DNA of 64,000 nucleotides, from contig JAJEHL010000023.1 in the NCBI GenBank assembly GCA_022823725.1, positions 65,561 through 129,560 on the forward strand. Reading direction: 5' to 3'. Of the stretch, positions 19,284-28,466 are shown piece by piece. The DNA comes from Candidatus Latescibacterota bacterium. GTDB lineage: Bacteria > Latescibacterota > UBA2968. The stretch's first letter is position 1, and every line of letters begins with the position of its first letter. The notes under the pieces were generated by a model. That model was not told where the DNA came from and did no database searches. It was given only the letters and a program-made list of their open reading frames with translations. The translations under genes were made by a program, and so were the position numbers.

Positions 19284-19724
19284 TTCATCTCTCCCATTTT
19301 CTCCCTTGACCCCAAATATGAGATTGGCTATATTTTTTGCCGACTGGCCTGTGAAAAAAACAATATTTTTGAAACGCACAGCGTTTCAGCAGTGTTGCCA
19401 TACCAGTCCACGAGGCACCTGCTTGTTCCTTCTGTCGAATTTGGCGATTTGGTGGAGGGACGAGTGGGTGCTTTTTGTTTTTCAGGAAAATTTCAATTTG
19501 TGACTTGATTGGCCCGAAGGCAACCATTTCGTGTACCAAAAAGAAAGGCCCTCGCGCGAGTTCTTGGCGGGACGGCGCGAGGACCCCAGATCACACCGAC
19601 AGGTACATGCGGTGTGTCAATGTTTTTGGGCCAACCTCTTTTCCGTTATGACGAACCCATTAAGTATTGTGTTTCAATAATATACGGGTTTTATACATTC
19701 TGTGTACTACAAATTTGATACAAC

Positions 19725-19753
19725 TTGTAAAACCGCGGCAAGTGTCGTATAAT
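19725..19753 (+). promoter_or_regulatory. sigma70-like promoter candidate upstream of recD2 (TTGTAA-17-TATAAT)
   Basis: Consensus spacing in an AT-rich stretch of the 520 bp intergenic region. The organism's sigma-factor consensus is unknown, so this is tentative. Confidence 0.25.
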
Positions 19754-19805
19754 TTTACTACTACTCCGATTACGTGATGGGAGAACGTGTTCGCCGAGGT
19801 TTTAT

Positions 19806-21980
19806 ATGGCTCAGCTTCGCGGAATTGTAGATCGCATTACATTTCAAAACGAAGAGAATGGATACACAGTTGCCCGTTTGCAGGTAGAGGGAGCTACGGC
19901 CTACAACGACCGTCTGGCGACCATTGTGGGCGAAATGTTATCGATCAACCCGGGCGAGACCGTGGTTTTGGAAGGCGAATGGACAACCCATAAGCAATAT
20001 GGCGCACAGTTCAAAATTGAATCCTACCAGACCGTATATCCATCTACCGTGGAGGGAATGCGACGGTATTTGGGATCTGGATTGATCAAAGGCATCGGGC
20101 CAGTCACAGCAAAGCGGATTGTGAATCACTTTGGGAAAGAAGCGCTCGATGTCATTGAAAACAACCCCGAGCGATTGGTCGATGTCGAGGGACTGGGGTC
20201 CAAACGCGCAAAGTGGATTATCGATGCCTGGGAAGACCAGCGCGAAATCCACAATGTCATGCTATTCTTGCAATCGCACGAAGTGGGAACGGGATACGCC
20301 GTAAAAATATGGAAGCGGTACGGACATGAAGCCGTTGAATTGATTAAAGAAAACCCCTATCGCCTATCGGTAGATGTTTGGGGCATTGGATTTTTGACGG
20401 CAGACCGCATCGCGCAAAAAATGGGCATACCCGCGCATTCAGACCGGCGCATTCAAGCCGGTCTTTTGCATGTACTCAATGAAGCCGCAGACAAAGAAGG
20501 ACATGTTTTCTTGCCCGAAGATGCGCTCATTGAATCTTGTGCCGAAGCACTTGATGTCCCTGTTGACGCAATCGCACCGTGCCTGGCCCAATTGCTCTCC
20601 GAAGAATCGATTGTCGCCAATGATGAGCGGGTGTATTTGCCCCATTTGTACTATGCCGAACAGGGCGCGGCAACGCGGTGCTATCAATTATCCCAGGTAC
20701 AACGCATTGAACTGGGCAATATCCCGGCGGAGATCAAAGTCATAGAACAGCGCGATGGGGTAACATTCGCACCCCGTCAAAAAACGGCATTGGAAAAGGC
20801 ATTGTCGCACAATTTGCTGGTATTGACAGGAGGCCCCGGAACGGGTAAAACAACGACCATCAAGGGACTCATCGCACTTTTAGAAGCGCGAAACAAAAAA
20901 ATCGCGCTGGCAGCACCAACGGGACGCGCGGCCAAACGAATGTCTGAGGCAACCGGGCATGAGGCAAAAACCATCCATAGATTGCTAAAATTCAGCCCGT
21001 CTGAAATGACGTTTGAGAAAAATTTTGAGAATCCTCTGGAGATCGAAGCTCTGATTGTCGATGAAATATCCATGGTCGATACATTTCTGATGAACAGTCT
21101 ATTGCGCGCTGTACCCATCAGTGCTTCGGTGGTCCTGGTAGGCGATGTCGATCAGTTGCCATCGGTCGGCGCGGGAAATGTGTTGAAGGATGTCATTGCA
21201 TCTGGCATTGTCGAAGTCGTGGAACTCAACGAGATCTTTCGGCAGGCACAAACGAGCCGTATCATTACCAATGCCCACGCCATCAACCGCGGCGAAATGC
21301 CATACTTGCAGAATGACCGCGATGCGGATTTCTTTTTTATCGAAGTCTCTGAACCCGATCGAGTCGTCGAGACCATTTGCGGACTGTGTGCTGCACGTTT
21401 GCCGCGCACATATCGTCTCGACAGTATTGAAGATATTCAAGTACTCGTGCCGATGTATCGCGGAGAGACTGGCGCAAACAATCTCAACCGGGTCTTGCAA
21501 GACGAGTTGAATCCCAAAGGACAAGAAATGACGCGGGGCGGTATCCGGTTTCGGGTAGGCGACAAAGTAATGCAGGTGAGAAACAACTATGACCGCGATG
21601 TTTTTAACGGGGATATTGGGCGCATTCAAGGAATAGAGGATGATATATTGCGCGTGAGATTTCAGGACCGCGTCATAGAATACGAGTTTTCGGAATTGGA
21701 CGAGTTAGTCCTGGCCTATGCCATGAGCGTACACAAAAGCCAGGGCGCAGAATTTCGCGCCGTGGTCATGCCTTTGACCACGCAGCACTATATGATGTTA
21801 CAGCGCAACTTGTTGTACACAGCCATTACGCGGGCGCGAGAACTGGTCGTGCTGGTAGGGACAAAACAGGCTCTGGGAATGGCTGTTCGCAACAACCGGG
21901 TTGCAGAACGACACACAACCCTGTCTCAGCGCATTCGAGCTGGAATTGTCGAAGAACCCGTCCAGGGAAATTTGTTGTGA
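19806..21980 (+). CDS. recD2: RecD2-type SF1B ATP-dependent DNA helicase
   Basis: 724 aa. N-terminal HhH region, Walker A LTGGPGTGKTT, Walker B LIVDEISMV, and C-terminal SH3-like and 2B domains. RBS gaggt. Confidence 0.9.
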   Translation: MAQLRGIVDRITFQNEENGYTVARLQVEGATAYNDRLATIVGEMLSINPGETVVLEGEWTTHKQYGAQFKIESYQTVYPSTVEGMRRYLGSGLIKGIGPVTAKRIVNHFGKEALDVIENNPERLVDVEGLGSKRAKWIIDAWEDQREIHNVMLFLQSHEVGTGYAVKIWKRYGHEAVELIKENPYRLSVDVWGIGFLTADRIAQKMGIPAHSDRRIQAGLLHVLNEAADKEGHVFLPEDALIESCAEALDVPVDAIAPCLAQLLSEESIVANDERVYLPHLYYAEQGAATRCYQLSQVQRIELGNIPAEIKVIEQRDGVTFAPRQKTALEKALSHNLLVLTGGPGTGKTTTIKGLIALLEARNKKIALAAPTGRAAKRMSEATGHEAKTIHRLLKFSPSEMTFEKNFENPLEIEALIVDEISMVDTFLMNSLLRAVPISASVVLVGDVDQLPSVGAGNVLKDVIASGIVEVVELNEIFRQAQTSRIITNAHAINRGEMPYLQNDRDADFFFIEVSEPDRVVETICGLCAARLPRTYRLDSIEDIQVLVPMYRGETGANNLNRVLQDELNPKGQEMTRGGIRFRVGDKVMQVRNNYDRDVFNGDIGRIQGIEDDILRVRFQDRVIEYEFSELDELVLAYAMSVHKSQGAEFRAVVMPLTTQHYMMLQRNLLYTAITRARELVVLVGTKQALGMAVRNNRVAERHTTLSQRIRAGIVEEPVQGNLL

Positions 21981-22079
21981 TAAGCAGATTGTTTTTTGAT
22001 AGCTTATATTGTCTAAAATTTTATAGTATATTATACTTGGTGTAATCTCCGTTTGAAAATTTGTATCCAGGAGGCTGGT

Positions 22080-23279
22080 ATGCTATCGAGATGGTTGGTT
22101 GTTATAGCGATAATTGTCGTTATATCAAGTGGTGTGGAAGCCACAGATATCGAGTTTGGAGGGCAAGTTCGGCCTCGCACGGAATTTCGAGATCCCGTTG
22201 GCAATGGGCACGACGTATTCACATCCATGCGTGCTCGGTTGAATATCACAGCGACTTTAGAGCAGGATGTAAATGTCTTTATTCAATTGCAGGATGTGCG
22301 GCTGTGGGGTGAAGAAACCAATACCTTCACCGATTATAATGCCGACAATTTCGATTTTCATCAGGCGTATATGGATATCAAAGATATGGGCGACACAGCC
22401 CTATCCCTTCGCATTGGACGACAGGCAATAGGATTGGGCGGACAACGGATAATCGGCGCAGTTGAATGGGCACAACAAGGGCGTGCATTCGATGGCGTTC
22501 TCGTAACTGCCAAACCCCAATGGGGCACCGTTCAAGGAGTTGGTGTTCGTCTATCCGATACCACAGCCGAAGGTATAAGCGGCAATGCCTATCTGTCCGC
22601 TTTGTATGCTACCACCTCAGGAGCGAGCACATCCGCAGATTTCTACGGCATCTACCATCACGTATCCCCCAGTGGCTCTAATAGAAGTGATAATACGCGG
22701 CTATGGACACTCGGCGCCCGCATTTACGGCGAAAAATCGAACTGGATCTACCGCGCAGAAGGCTCTTTCCAAACGGGCGAACGACGCGGACCAAACGGCT
22801 CGGCATTTATGTTTGGCGGCAGGCTGGGCACAACACTGGGCAATGGCAGCCTGACCCTGTGGTATGATTATTTATCTGGCGACGGCAATGCAAAAGATAG
22901 CAAATGGAAATCATTTGATACGCTCTTTGCAACCAATCACAAATACTACGGTTTTGCCGATTTATTTCTCAACATCCCCGTCCACACCCAAAATCTGGGC
23001 CTTCAGGACTTTGCGATAAAAGTATCCGTACCGCTGGATGAGGAAGAGCAGTTGCGTTTGGCAGCAGACGGACATGTGTTCTTCCTCGCCCAAAAAGGCA
23101 ATTTGGAATCGGGTCATCTGGCAGATGAACTCGATTTAACGCTATCATATCAATACAGCGAAAATGTAACCTTTGTCACCGGTTATACAATTGCCCTGGC
23201 GCGAGATGCAATCAAGGCATTGGGCCGATTGAACGAGAACATGCACTGGGCTTATGTGATGAGCAATGTTTCATTTTAA
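22080..23279 (+). CDS. Outer-membrane beta-barrel porin (alginate-export/AlgE-like family suspected)
   Basis: About 400 aa. Signal peptide MLSRWLVVIAIIVVISSGVEA, alternating amphipathic beta-strands, C-terminal ...NVSF. The ATG at 22080 follows AGGAGG. Confidence 0.5.
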   Translation: MLSRWLVVIAIIVVISSGVEATDIEFGGQVRPRTEFRDPVGNGHDVFTSMRARLNITATLEQDVNVFIQLQDVRLWGEETNTFTDYNADNFDFHQAYMDIKDMGDTALSLRIGRQAIGLGGQRIIGAVEWAQQGRAFDGVLVTAKPQWGTVQGVGVRLSDTTAEGISGNAYLSALYATTSGASTSADFYGIYHHVSPSGSNRSDNTRLWTLGARIYGEKSNWIYRAEGSFQTGERRGPNGSAFMFGGRLGTTLGNGSLTLWYDYLSGDGNAKDSKWKSFDTLFATNHKYYGFADLFLNIPVHTQNLGLQDFAIKVSVPLDEEEQLRLAADGHVFFLAQKGNLESGHLADELDLTLSYQYSENVTFVTGYTIALARDAIKALGRLNENMHWAYVMSNVSF

Positions 23280-23309
23280 AGTAAATATTGCTTCCCATAT
23301 TTGCGATCG

Positions 23310-23347
23310 GGCGAGGAGATTTTTCTTTTCGCCTTTTATTTTTTTTC
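23310..23347 (+). terminator. Weak hairpin plus long T-run after the porin gene
   Basis: ggcga...tcgcc 5 bp stem followed by ttttattttttttc. This overlaps the 3' end of the convergent tsaC gene. Confidence 0.3.
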
Positions 23348-23959
23348 AAATTGAATATACGCCCTGAGTTTTTGGGCAGAAACAGCACCTTCGCGCAGGA
23401 GAATTGCGCGATCGGTAGAAACATCGACCAGCGTAGAAGGGAGTGTACTATCGGAAGGTCCACCATCGAGAATGAGATCGAGATGCTCCCCCAGCGCGTT
23501 TTGCACTTCGGATGCCGAATGCGCCGGAGGCTCTGTAGAGCGATTGGCACTCGTACTCGTGAGGGGACCGCCGAGTGTAGTGAGCAATTGGGTGGCAATG
23601 GGCGAACTCGAATGGCGGAGAGCTATTGTATCGCGTCCGCCGAGTAAAATGGGTGAAAGATCGGTATTTGCGCGAAAAACAAGGGTAAGCGGTCCCGGCC
23701 AAAATGCCTCAATAAGTATTTGGGCTGTCGGAGATACCACACGAACAAGCGTCGAAAGATCATCTACACCGCGAATCAAGAGAATGATCCCCTTGTCCTC
23801 CGCACGTCCTTTGGCAGTGAAAATTCTCTGAACAGCTTCATCGTTATGGGGATCCGCCCCCAAGCCATACACAGTCTCGGTCGGATAGGCAATCAAGCCG
23901 ACGTTTTTAATAATATCGGCAGCCTGATTGATATTTTGAGGAGTTGGCAGTACGATCAT
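23336..23959 (-). CDS. tsaC: L-threonylcarbamoyladenylate synthase (YrdC/Sua5 family)
   Basis: 207 aa. AYPTETVYGLGADPHNDEAVQRIFTAKGR is the YrdC signature. Confidence 0.85.
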   Translation of the reverse strand: MIVLPTPQNINQAADIIKNVGLIAYPTETVYGLGADPHNDEAVQRIFTAKGRAEDKGIILLIRGVDDLSTLVRVVSPTAQILIEAFWPGPLTLVFRANTDLSPILLGGRDTIALRHSSSPIATQLLTTLGGPLTSTSANRSTEPPAHSASEVQNALGEHLDLILDGGPSDSTLPSTLVDVSTDRAILLREGAVSAQKLRAYIQFEKK

Positions 23960-23994
23960 AGTAAAAAATCGGTGAGACGTAAGACGTTAGTAGG

Positions 23995-26900
23995 CTACCA
24001 CTCAATCCCTCGCCTTTCATCTGCCCTGCGGATACTTCTCACTTCATAAACCCTGGCAAAGTGCAGAAAATCGCCGAAACCAACCCGGCCATCGGCATCG
24101 AGGTCAAACCGCATATCCGCAGAGCCAAAGGCATTGACAAAGATTGTGAAATCGCTGAAGTCGAGCCGACCATCGGCATTGAAATCGCAGGATATTATTG
24201 CAGGCGCAAGTGGTTGTTCGACGATGTGGAGAACGCGATTGACCGACAAATCGTCGGTCTCACTGCGAAATTCCTGGACAATACCACTGGGCCAGCGCAG
24301 TGTGAGTACCTCGACATATTCGGCTCTGCCCACACCAAACACGGGCGTGAGCGCGTCTTGCGATAAAAAGGACGCGCCGCCTGTGATTTCTCGAATGGCG
24401 CGGCGGTTATTGCCATCTCTGTCTCTGAACGCAATTTCGAGACGCGTGCCAATCGCATCGGGGCTACTTTCCGTACCGCGAAGCCGAATTGCGATCCAGT
24501 TGCCATTGGCCTCGCGATTGCGAAAGAGGGCGTCCGGGCCATTTTGCACGGCGACATAAAAATCGAGTCTCCCATCGTTGTCGTAATCGGCAAGGGCAAC
24601 GCCGCGGCTGTCCGCATTCAGAGCAACGCCCAAAGAATCGGATATGTCGGTGAAATGCCCATCCACATTCTTGTAATACAAATTGGGCTGGCCCCTATTG
24701 GTGACATAGAGATCGAGATCGCCATCGTTGTCAAAATCGCCCCATACCGCGCCTCGGCTTCGTCCATCGTGGGCGAGGCCCAACTCCGTCGCGCGATCTC
24801 TGAACGTGCCATTACCCTCGTTTGTATAACACCTGTTATTCGCGCCAAAATAGGGAATAAACAGATCGAGATCGCCATCGTTGTCAAAATCACCCCAGGC
24901 CGCGCCAAAACTCGGCCCTTCATCGGTGGGATTAAAAATATTTTCTATGGACGCGAAGCGCGCGCCATCATTGCGAAAGAGACGGTTGGGACCGCTATTT
25001 GCCAAAAACAGATCGAGGTCGCCATCGTTGTCAAAATCGCCCCATGCAGGTTGAATCCCACTTTCCGTATCGCTCAGGCCCAGGCTATCCGCCAGTTCGG
25101 AAAAACGGTTGCCATTGTTCTGGAAAAAGCGATTCGCGCCAAAGTTGGCGACGTAAAGGTCGAGATCCCCATCGCGGTCATAATCGCCCCAAGCCGCGCC
25201 ATATCCATCGCCGGAATCGTCAACACCCATCGCCGGCGCCACATCTATAAATCCAGTCCCATCGTTGCGATATAAACGGTTTGGTCCACCAAAATTGGTG
25301 ACGTAGAGGTCGAGATCTCCATCGCGGTCGTAATCGCCCCAGACGCCCGCGCTGCCATCGCCGGAATCGTCAATGCCCAGTGCTGGCGCGACATCCGTAA
25401 ATCCATTCCCGTCATTGCGATATAAACGGTTCGGCTCTCTGCTGCGTACGAGGTAGAGGTCGGGGTCATTGTCGTTGTCGAAATCTGCCCACGCCGCGCC
25501 ATATCCCGCACCCATATCGCCCAAACCCGCGTTGGGGGCCTCATCGACAAATCCGCCGGGTTGGGCGTGTTCCCCAATGCCCTGCAATGTGAGTGTGGCT
25601 GTGGGGTTTGCCAGCGCATTGCTATAAATGGTGAGCGTGGCTTCGTGCTGGCCCTCGGCTTGCGGGCGAAATGCGATGGAAAGCTGCTGGCTTTGCCCCG
25701 CGTCAATCCGCAAGGTATCGGTTTGTTCCACAACAAATTGCGAGTCGGTCGTCGTGGCGTTGGGAACGACCAGCACACCGGCGCCGAGGTTGGAAATGCG
25801 TACCGACAATATTTGAGATCGCCCGGTGAGGGTGGGATCGAAAATTAAGACATCTGAAGGAAAGAGTCCGATATCCGGCTCAGCCCCCAGACCTCGCACA
25901 GTGAAAACGGCAGAAGGGGTGCGCGGATCATCGGTGGTGAGGGTGATACGCCCCTCGACAGCCCCCTGTTCCGCGGGATCAAACACAATTTCAATGTCAG
26001 CGGCTTGGGCAATGCCGATTTCGAGGGGCAATTCTGACAAAACGCGAAACGCGGAGTTATCGGAAATCGCTGTTTCAATGCGAACGGGCACATTGCCCCG
26101 ATTTTCAACGCGCAAACGGCTCACGGTGGGATCGCCAACGCTAACCTCGCCAAAGTCAATATCCGTAGAAATGGCGTTAAAGAGCGGCATTCGGAACGTG
26201 GGATCGCGCAATTTGCGGATGCGATTGTTGGCGGCGTCAATAAAAATGAGATCGCCATTGCCACCAATCAGCAAGTGCGTAGGCTGTCCCAGATCGGACA
26301 GAAGACCGAGTGTATCTTCAGATCCCGCACCCGCAATACCCGTTCCCGCGATGGTCACCACATGGCCCGTTTCCTCTTCGACCACGCGAATGCGATTATT
26401 GTCCGTATCGCCGATATAGATATTGCCGGATTCATCGACAGCAACGCCCAAAGGAGAAAAAAATAAAGCACCTGTCGCTGCCCCACCATCGCCCTTATAG
26501 AGATCTTCTGACAGATTTTCCGAAGAGGTCGCGTCCCGCCCGGCGACGGTGTTGATCACGGCGACGACGGTTGTGTCTTGTATGGCCCTGCTAACGCGCC
26601 GAATGCGTCCATTGTTAAAATCGGCAATCAAAAGATCGCCCTGACCTGTCACAGCCAATTGCCCAGGCGTTAAACCCGCCCGAGTTGCCAGCCCGCCATC
26701 CTGAATATTCGACGCCCGGGCACTGCCATTGCCCGCGATTGTACCTATGGTATTATTCGCCAGATTGAATTGCCGCACGCGATTGTTGCCCTGTCCATTC
26801 TCATCGAGACTATCGGAGATTAAAAGAGCGACATCGCCCAACATCTCCAGCGCGACAATTTCGTGGAACGTAGCTTGTAGCGCGGGTACCAGATCATTGA

Positions 26901-27363
26901 AACCACCTTCGCCCGTACCCGCGACCGTAGTGATGATACCGAAAGAATCAATGCGCCGGATGCGCCGATTGTGAACATCGCTTTCACTCGCGCCACCGCT
27001 ACTGATATAAATATTGCCAGCACTATCGATCGCAATAGCATTGGGCGTATTGAGCAACGCACTTGTCGCCGGTCCGCCATCGCCTGAGAATCCCGGTTCC
27101 CCAGTACCCGCAACCGTAGTAATAATACCCGTTATTGCATCCACCCGTCGAATGCGGTGATTATCTGTATCCGCGATATAGAGATTGCCCCGTGTATCGA
27201 GCGCAACTCCGAGCGGGCGATTGAGCACAACATCCGTTGCCAGCACATTATCGCCCTCTTCCAGACCACCACCGGCAATCGTGACAATCGTACCGCGTGC
27301 CTGAGCGAAAACATCTGCTTCCGAGATCAGAAGACCAAAAAAAAATATATAAAAATAGCGCAT
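23995..27363 (-). CDS. Giant secreted multi-repeat protein: N-terminal NHL repeats, central Ig-like region, FG-GAP/VCBS (ASPIC/UnbV-like) repeats, C-terminal dockerin-like EF-hand pair
   Basis: 1122 aa. Signal peptide MRYFYIFFFGLLISEADVFA. Repeated NHRIRRVD/NNRIRVV are NHL repeats. Repeated WGDYDRDGDLDLYV / WGDFDNDGDLDLF are FG-GAP repeats. C-terminus DFNADGRLDFSDF...DLDADGRVGFGDF is dockerin type I-like. Confidence 0.7.
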   Translation of the reverse strand: MRYFYIFFFGLLISEADVFAQARGTIVTIAGGGLEEGDNVLATDVVLNRPLGVALDTRGNLYIADTDNHRIRRVDAITGIITTVAGTGEPGFSGDGGPATSALLNTPNAIAIDSAGNIYISSGGASESDVHNRRIRRIDSFGIITTVAGTGEGGFNDLVPALQATFHEIVALEMLGDVALLISDSLDENGQGNNRVRQFNLANNTIGTIAGNGSARASNIQDGGLATRAGLTPGQLAVTGQGDLLIADFNNGRIRRVSRAIQDTTVVAVINTVAGRDATSSENLSEDLYKGDGGAATGALFFSPLGVAVDESGNIYIGDTDNNRIRVVEEETGHVVTIAGTGIAGAGSEDTLGLLSDLGQPTHLLIGGNGDLIFIDAANNRIRKLRDPTFRMPLFNAISTDIDFGEVSVGDPTVSRLRVENRGNVPVRIETAISDNSAFRVLSELPLEIGIAQAADIEIVFDPAEQGAVEGRITLTTDDPRTPSAVFTVRGLGAEPDIGLFPSDVLIFDPTLTGRSQILSVRISNLGAGVLVVPNATTTDSQFVVEQTDTLRIDAGQSQQLSIAFRPQAEGQHEATLTIYSNALANPTATLTLQGIGEHAQPGGFVDEAPNAGLGDMGAGYGAAWADFDNDNDPDLYLVRSREPNRLYRNDGNGFTDVAPALGIDDSGDGSAGVWGDYDRDGDLDLYVTNFGGPNRLYRNDGTGFIDVAPAMGVDDSGDGYGAAWGDYDRDGDLDLYVANFGANRFFQNNGNRFSELADSLGLSDTESGIQPAWGDFDNDGDLDLFLANSGPNRLFRNDGARFASIENIFNPTDEGPSFGAAWGDFDNDGDLDLFIPYFGANNRCYTNEGNGTFRDRATELGLAHDGRSRGAVWGDFDNDGDLDLYVTNRGQPNLYYKNVDGHFTDISDSLGVALNADSRGVALADYDNDGRLDFYVAVQNGPDALFRNREANGNWIAIRLRGTESSPDAIGTRLEIAFRDRDGNNRRAIREITGGASFLSQDALTPVFGVGRAEYVEVLTLRWPSGIVQEFRSETDDLSVNRVLHIVEQPLAPAIISCDFNADGRLDFSDFTIFVNAFGSADMRFDLDADGRVGFGDFLHFARVYEVRSIRRADERRGIEW
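24005..24045. repeat. Intergenic modular repeat, copy R2 (short derivative)
   Basis: atccctcgcctttcatctgccctgcggatacttctcacttc. Near-identical to the R1 core at 1385-1431. Confidence 0.5.
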
Positions 27364-27393
27364 GATAGAATGTATAGGGAAGGATATAACTGC

Positions 27394-28455
27394 CTATGCT
27401 GTGGTTGCTTTCCCCAAATAGAGATCTCTACCCTGTGCGAGAGCCGCGATCTTGAGATCAGCTACTGAGCGTTTGAGCATCCAGAATCCACAATCGGGAT
27501 GAATAAATGCGATGCGCCCCGGACCGAGTTCTTTTTCTGCCTGATCGAGGCGTCGGGCAATCTGTTCCGCGGTTTCAACGTGATTGATTTTGATGTCGAT
27601 CACGCCGATGCCGAGTTTGATACGCGGATCAATTTCTTTCAGAGCAACCAGATCATCATCAGGGCGATGGGCGAGTTCGAGAACGAGGTGATCGGTATGC
27701 AGGTCGTTGAGGAAATCGATAAGCGTGCGCCATGTGCCGGTTTGGATAGTTTGCCCACCGTAATTTCCAAAACAAAAATGGACAGCTTTTTCTGTATCGG
27801 AATCAACCGCGTCGAGTACCGTATTAATCGCCTTCGCCGCGATGGGCGCGTCCTCAGGGTTGCCCGGAATATTGGCTTCATCAACCTGTACACAGGCGCA
27901 TGGCAAACCGCGCACCTGACCAGCCAACACATCTGCCACTCCCATGAGCAGGGCTTCAAAATCACCGTAGTAATTGTCGAGCATGGTGCGGGCAAGCATA
28001 TAGGGGCTGGTAAGCGTAAATTTGAAGGGACCACCAGCGATAGCTGCAGCGCGCAAACAGTCGGATAACAGGTCGAGCGAACCTTCTGAGAGCGCGTCAT
28101 CGACAACAGCAGCGGGTTTGGCGCGAAAGTCCATGGATTGTCGCTGGCGAAATACCTCGACCTCTGTGCGTCCAAAATCGGCGCGTGTACCACCCATCTG
28201 ACGCACAAAATATTCGATCATGCCATTGGTCTCTGGATGGTTGATGTCAAATCGGTAGAGTTCGCCATCGGTGGGCAGATCTATCCCGGCTTGACGCTGC
28301 GTATCAAAGATAACGCGCGTGGCATCCACAACGGCGGTTTCACTCGGTGCTGCCACGAGCCAGTCGGGCAGTGGATAAGACCCCACTGTAGTGGTGAGAA
28401 TTGTAGAATCTCGGGGCAATTTCTGCGTTGTATTCAGGTTTTCAGACATATACAT
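27394..28455 (-). CDS. Cobalamin-independent methionine synthase (MetE) C-terminal-domain-like methyltransferase
   Basis: About 354 aa. TTVGSYPLPDWL matches the MetE TTTIGSFPQ motif. It has a UROD/MetE-like TIM barrel with a Zn-ligand Cys region. The start could be 28455 or 28449. Confidence 0.65.
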   Translation of the reverse strand: MYMSENLNTTQKLPRDSTILTTTVGSYPLPDWLVAAPSETAVVDATRVIFDTQRQAGIDLPTDGELYRFDINHPETNGMIEYFVRQMGGTRADFGRTEVEVFRQRQSMDFRAKPAAVVDDALSEGSLDLLSDCLRAAAIAGGPFKFTLTSPYMLARTMLDNYYGDFEALLMGVADVLAGQVRGLPCACVQVDEANIPGNPEDAPIAAKAINTVLDAVDSDTEKAVHFCFGNYGGQTIQTGTWRTLIDFLNDLHTDHLVLELAHRPDDDLVALKEIDPRIKLGIGVIDIKINHVETAEQIARRLDQAEKELGPGRIAFIHPDCGFWMLKRSVADLKIAALAQGRDLYLGKATTA

Positions 28456-28466
28456 ATCTCGCTTAC

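Noticed and set aside
19509-19718. 69-aa ORF in the long recD2 upstream region
   Set aside because: It has no RBS and an Arg/Pro-rich unstructured translation. It is more likely non-coding leader or sRNA sequence.
24000-24100. Dockerin-like C-terminus of the giant protein, considered as a T9SS C-terminal sorting domain
   Set aside because: The paired DxNxDGxxxxxDF EF-hand-like segments fit dockerin type I better than the roughly 80 aa beta-sandwich T9SS CTD. This cannot be settled without HMMs, so the dockerin label is retained with a caveat.
24544-25275. 243-aa plus-strand ORF with repetitive IEIAIVVKI units
   Set aside because: It is the antisense reading of the FG-GAP repeat region of the giant minus-strand protein. 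The repetition mirrors the sense-strand repeats.
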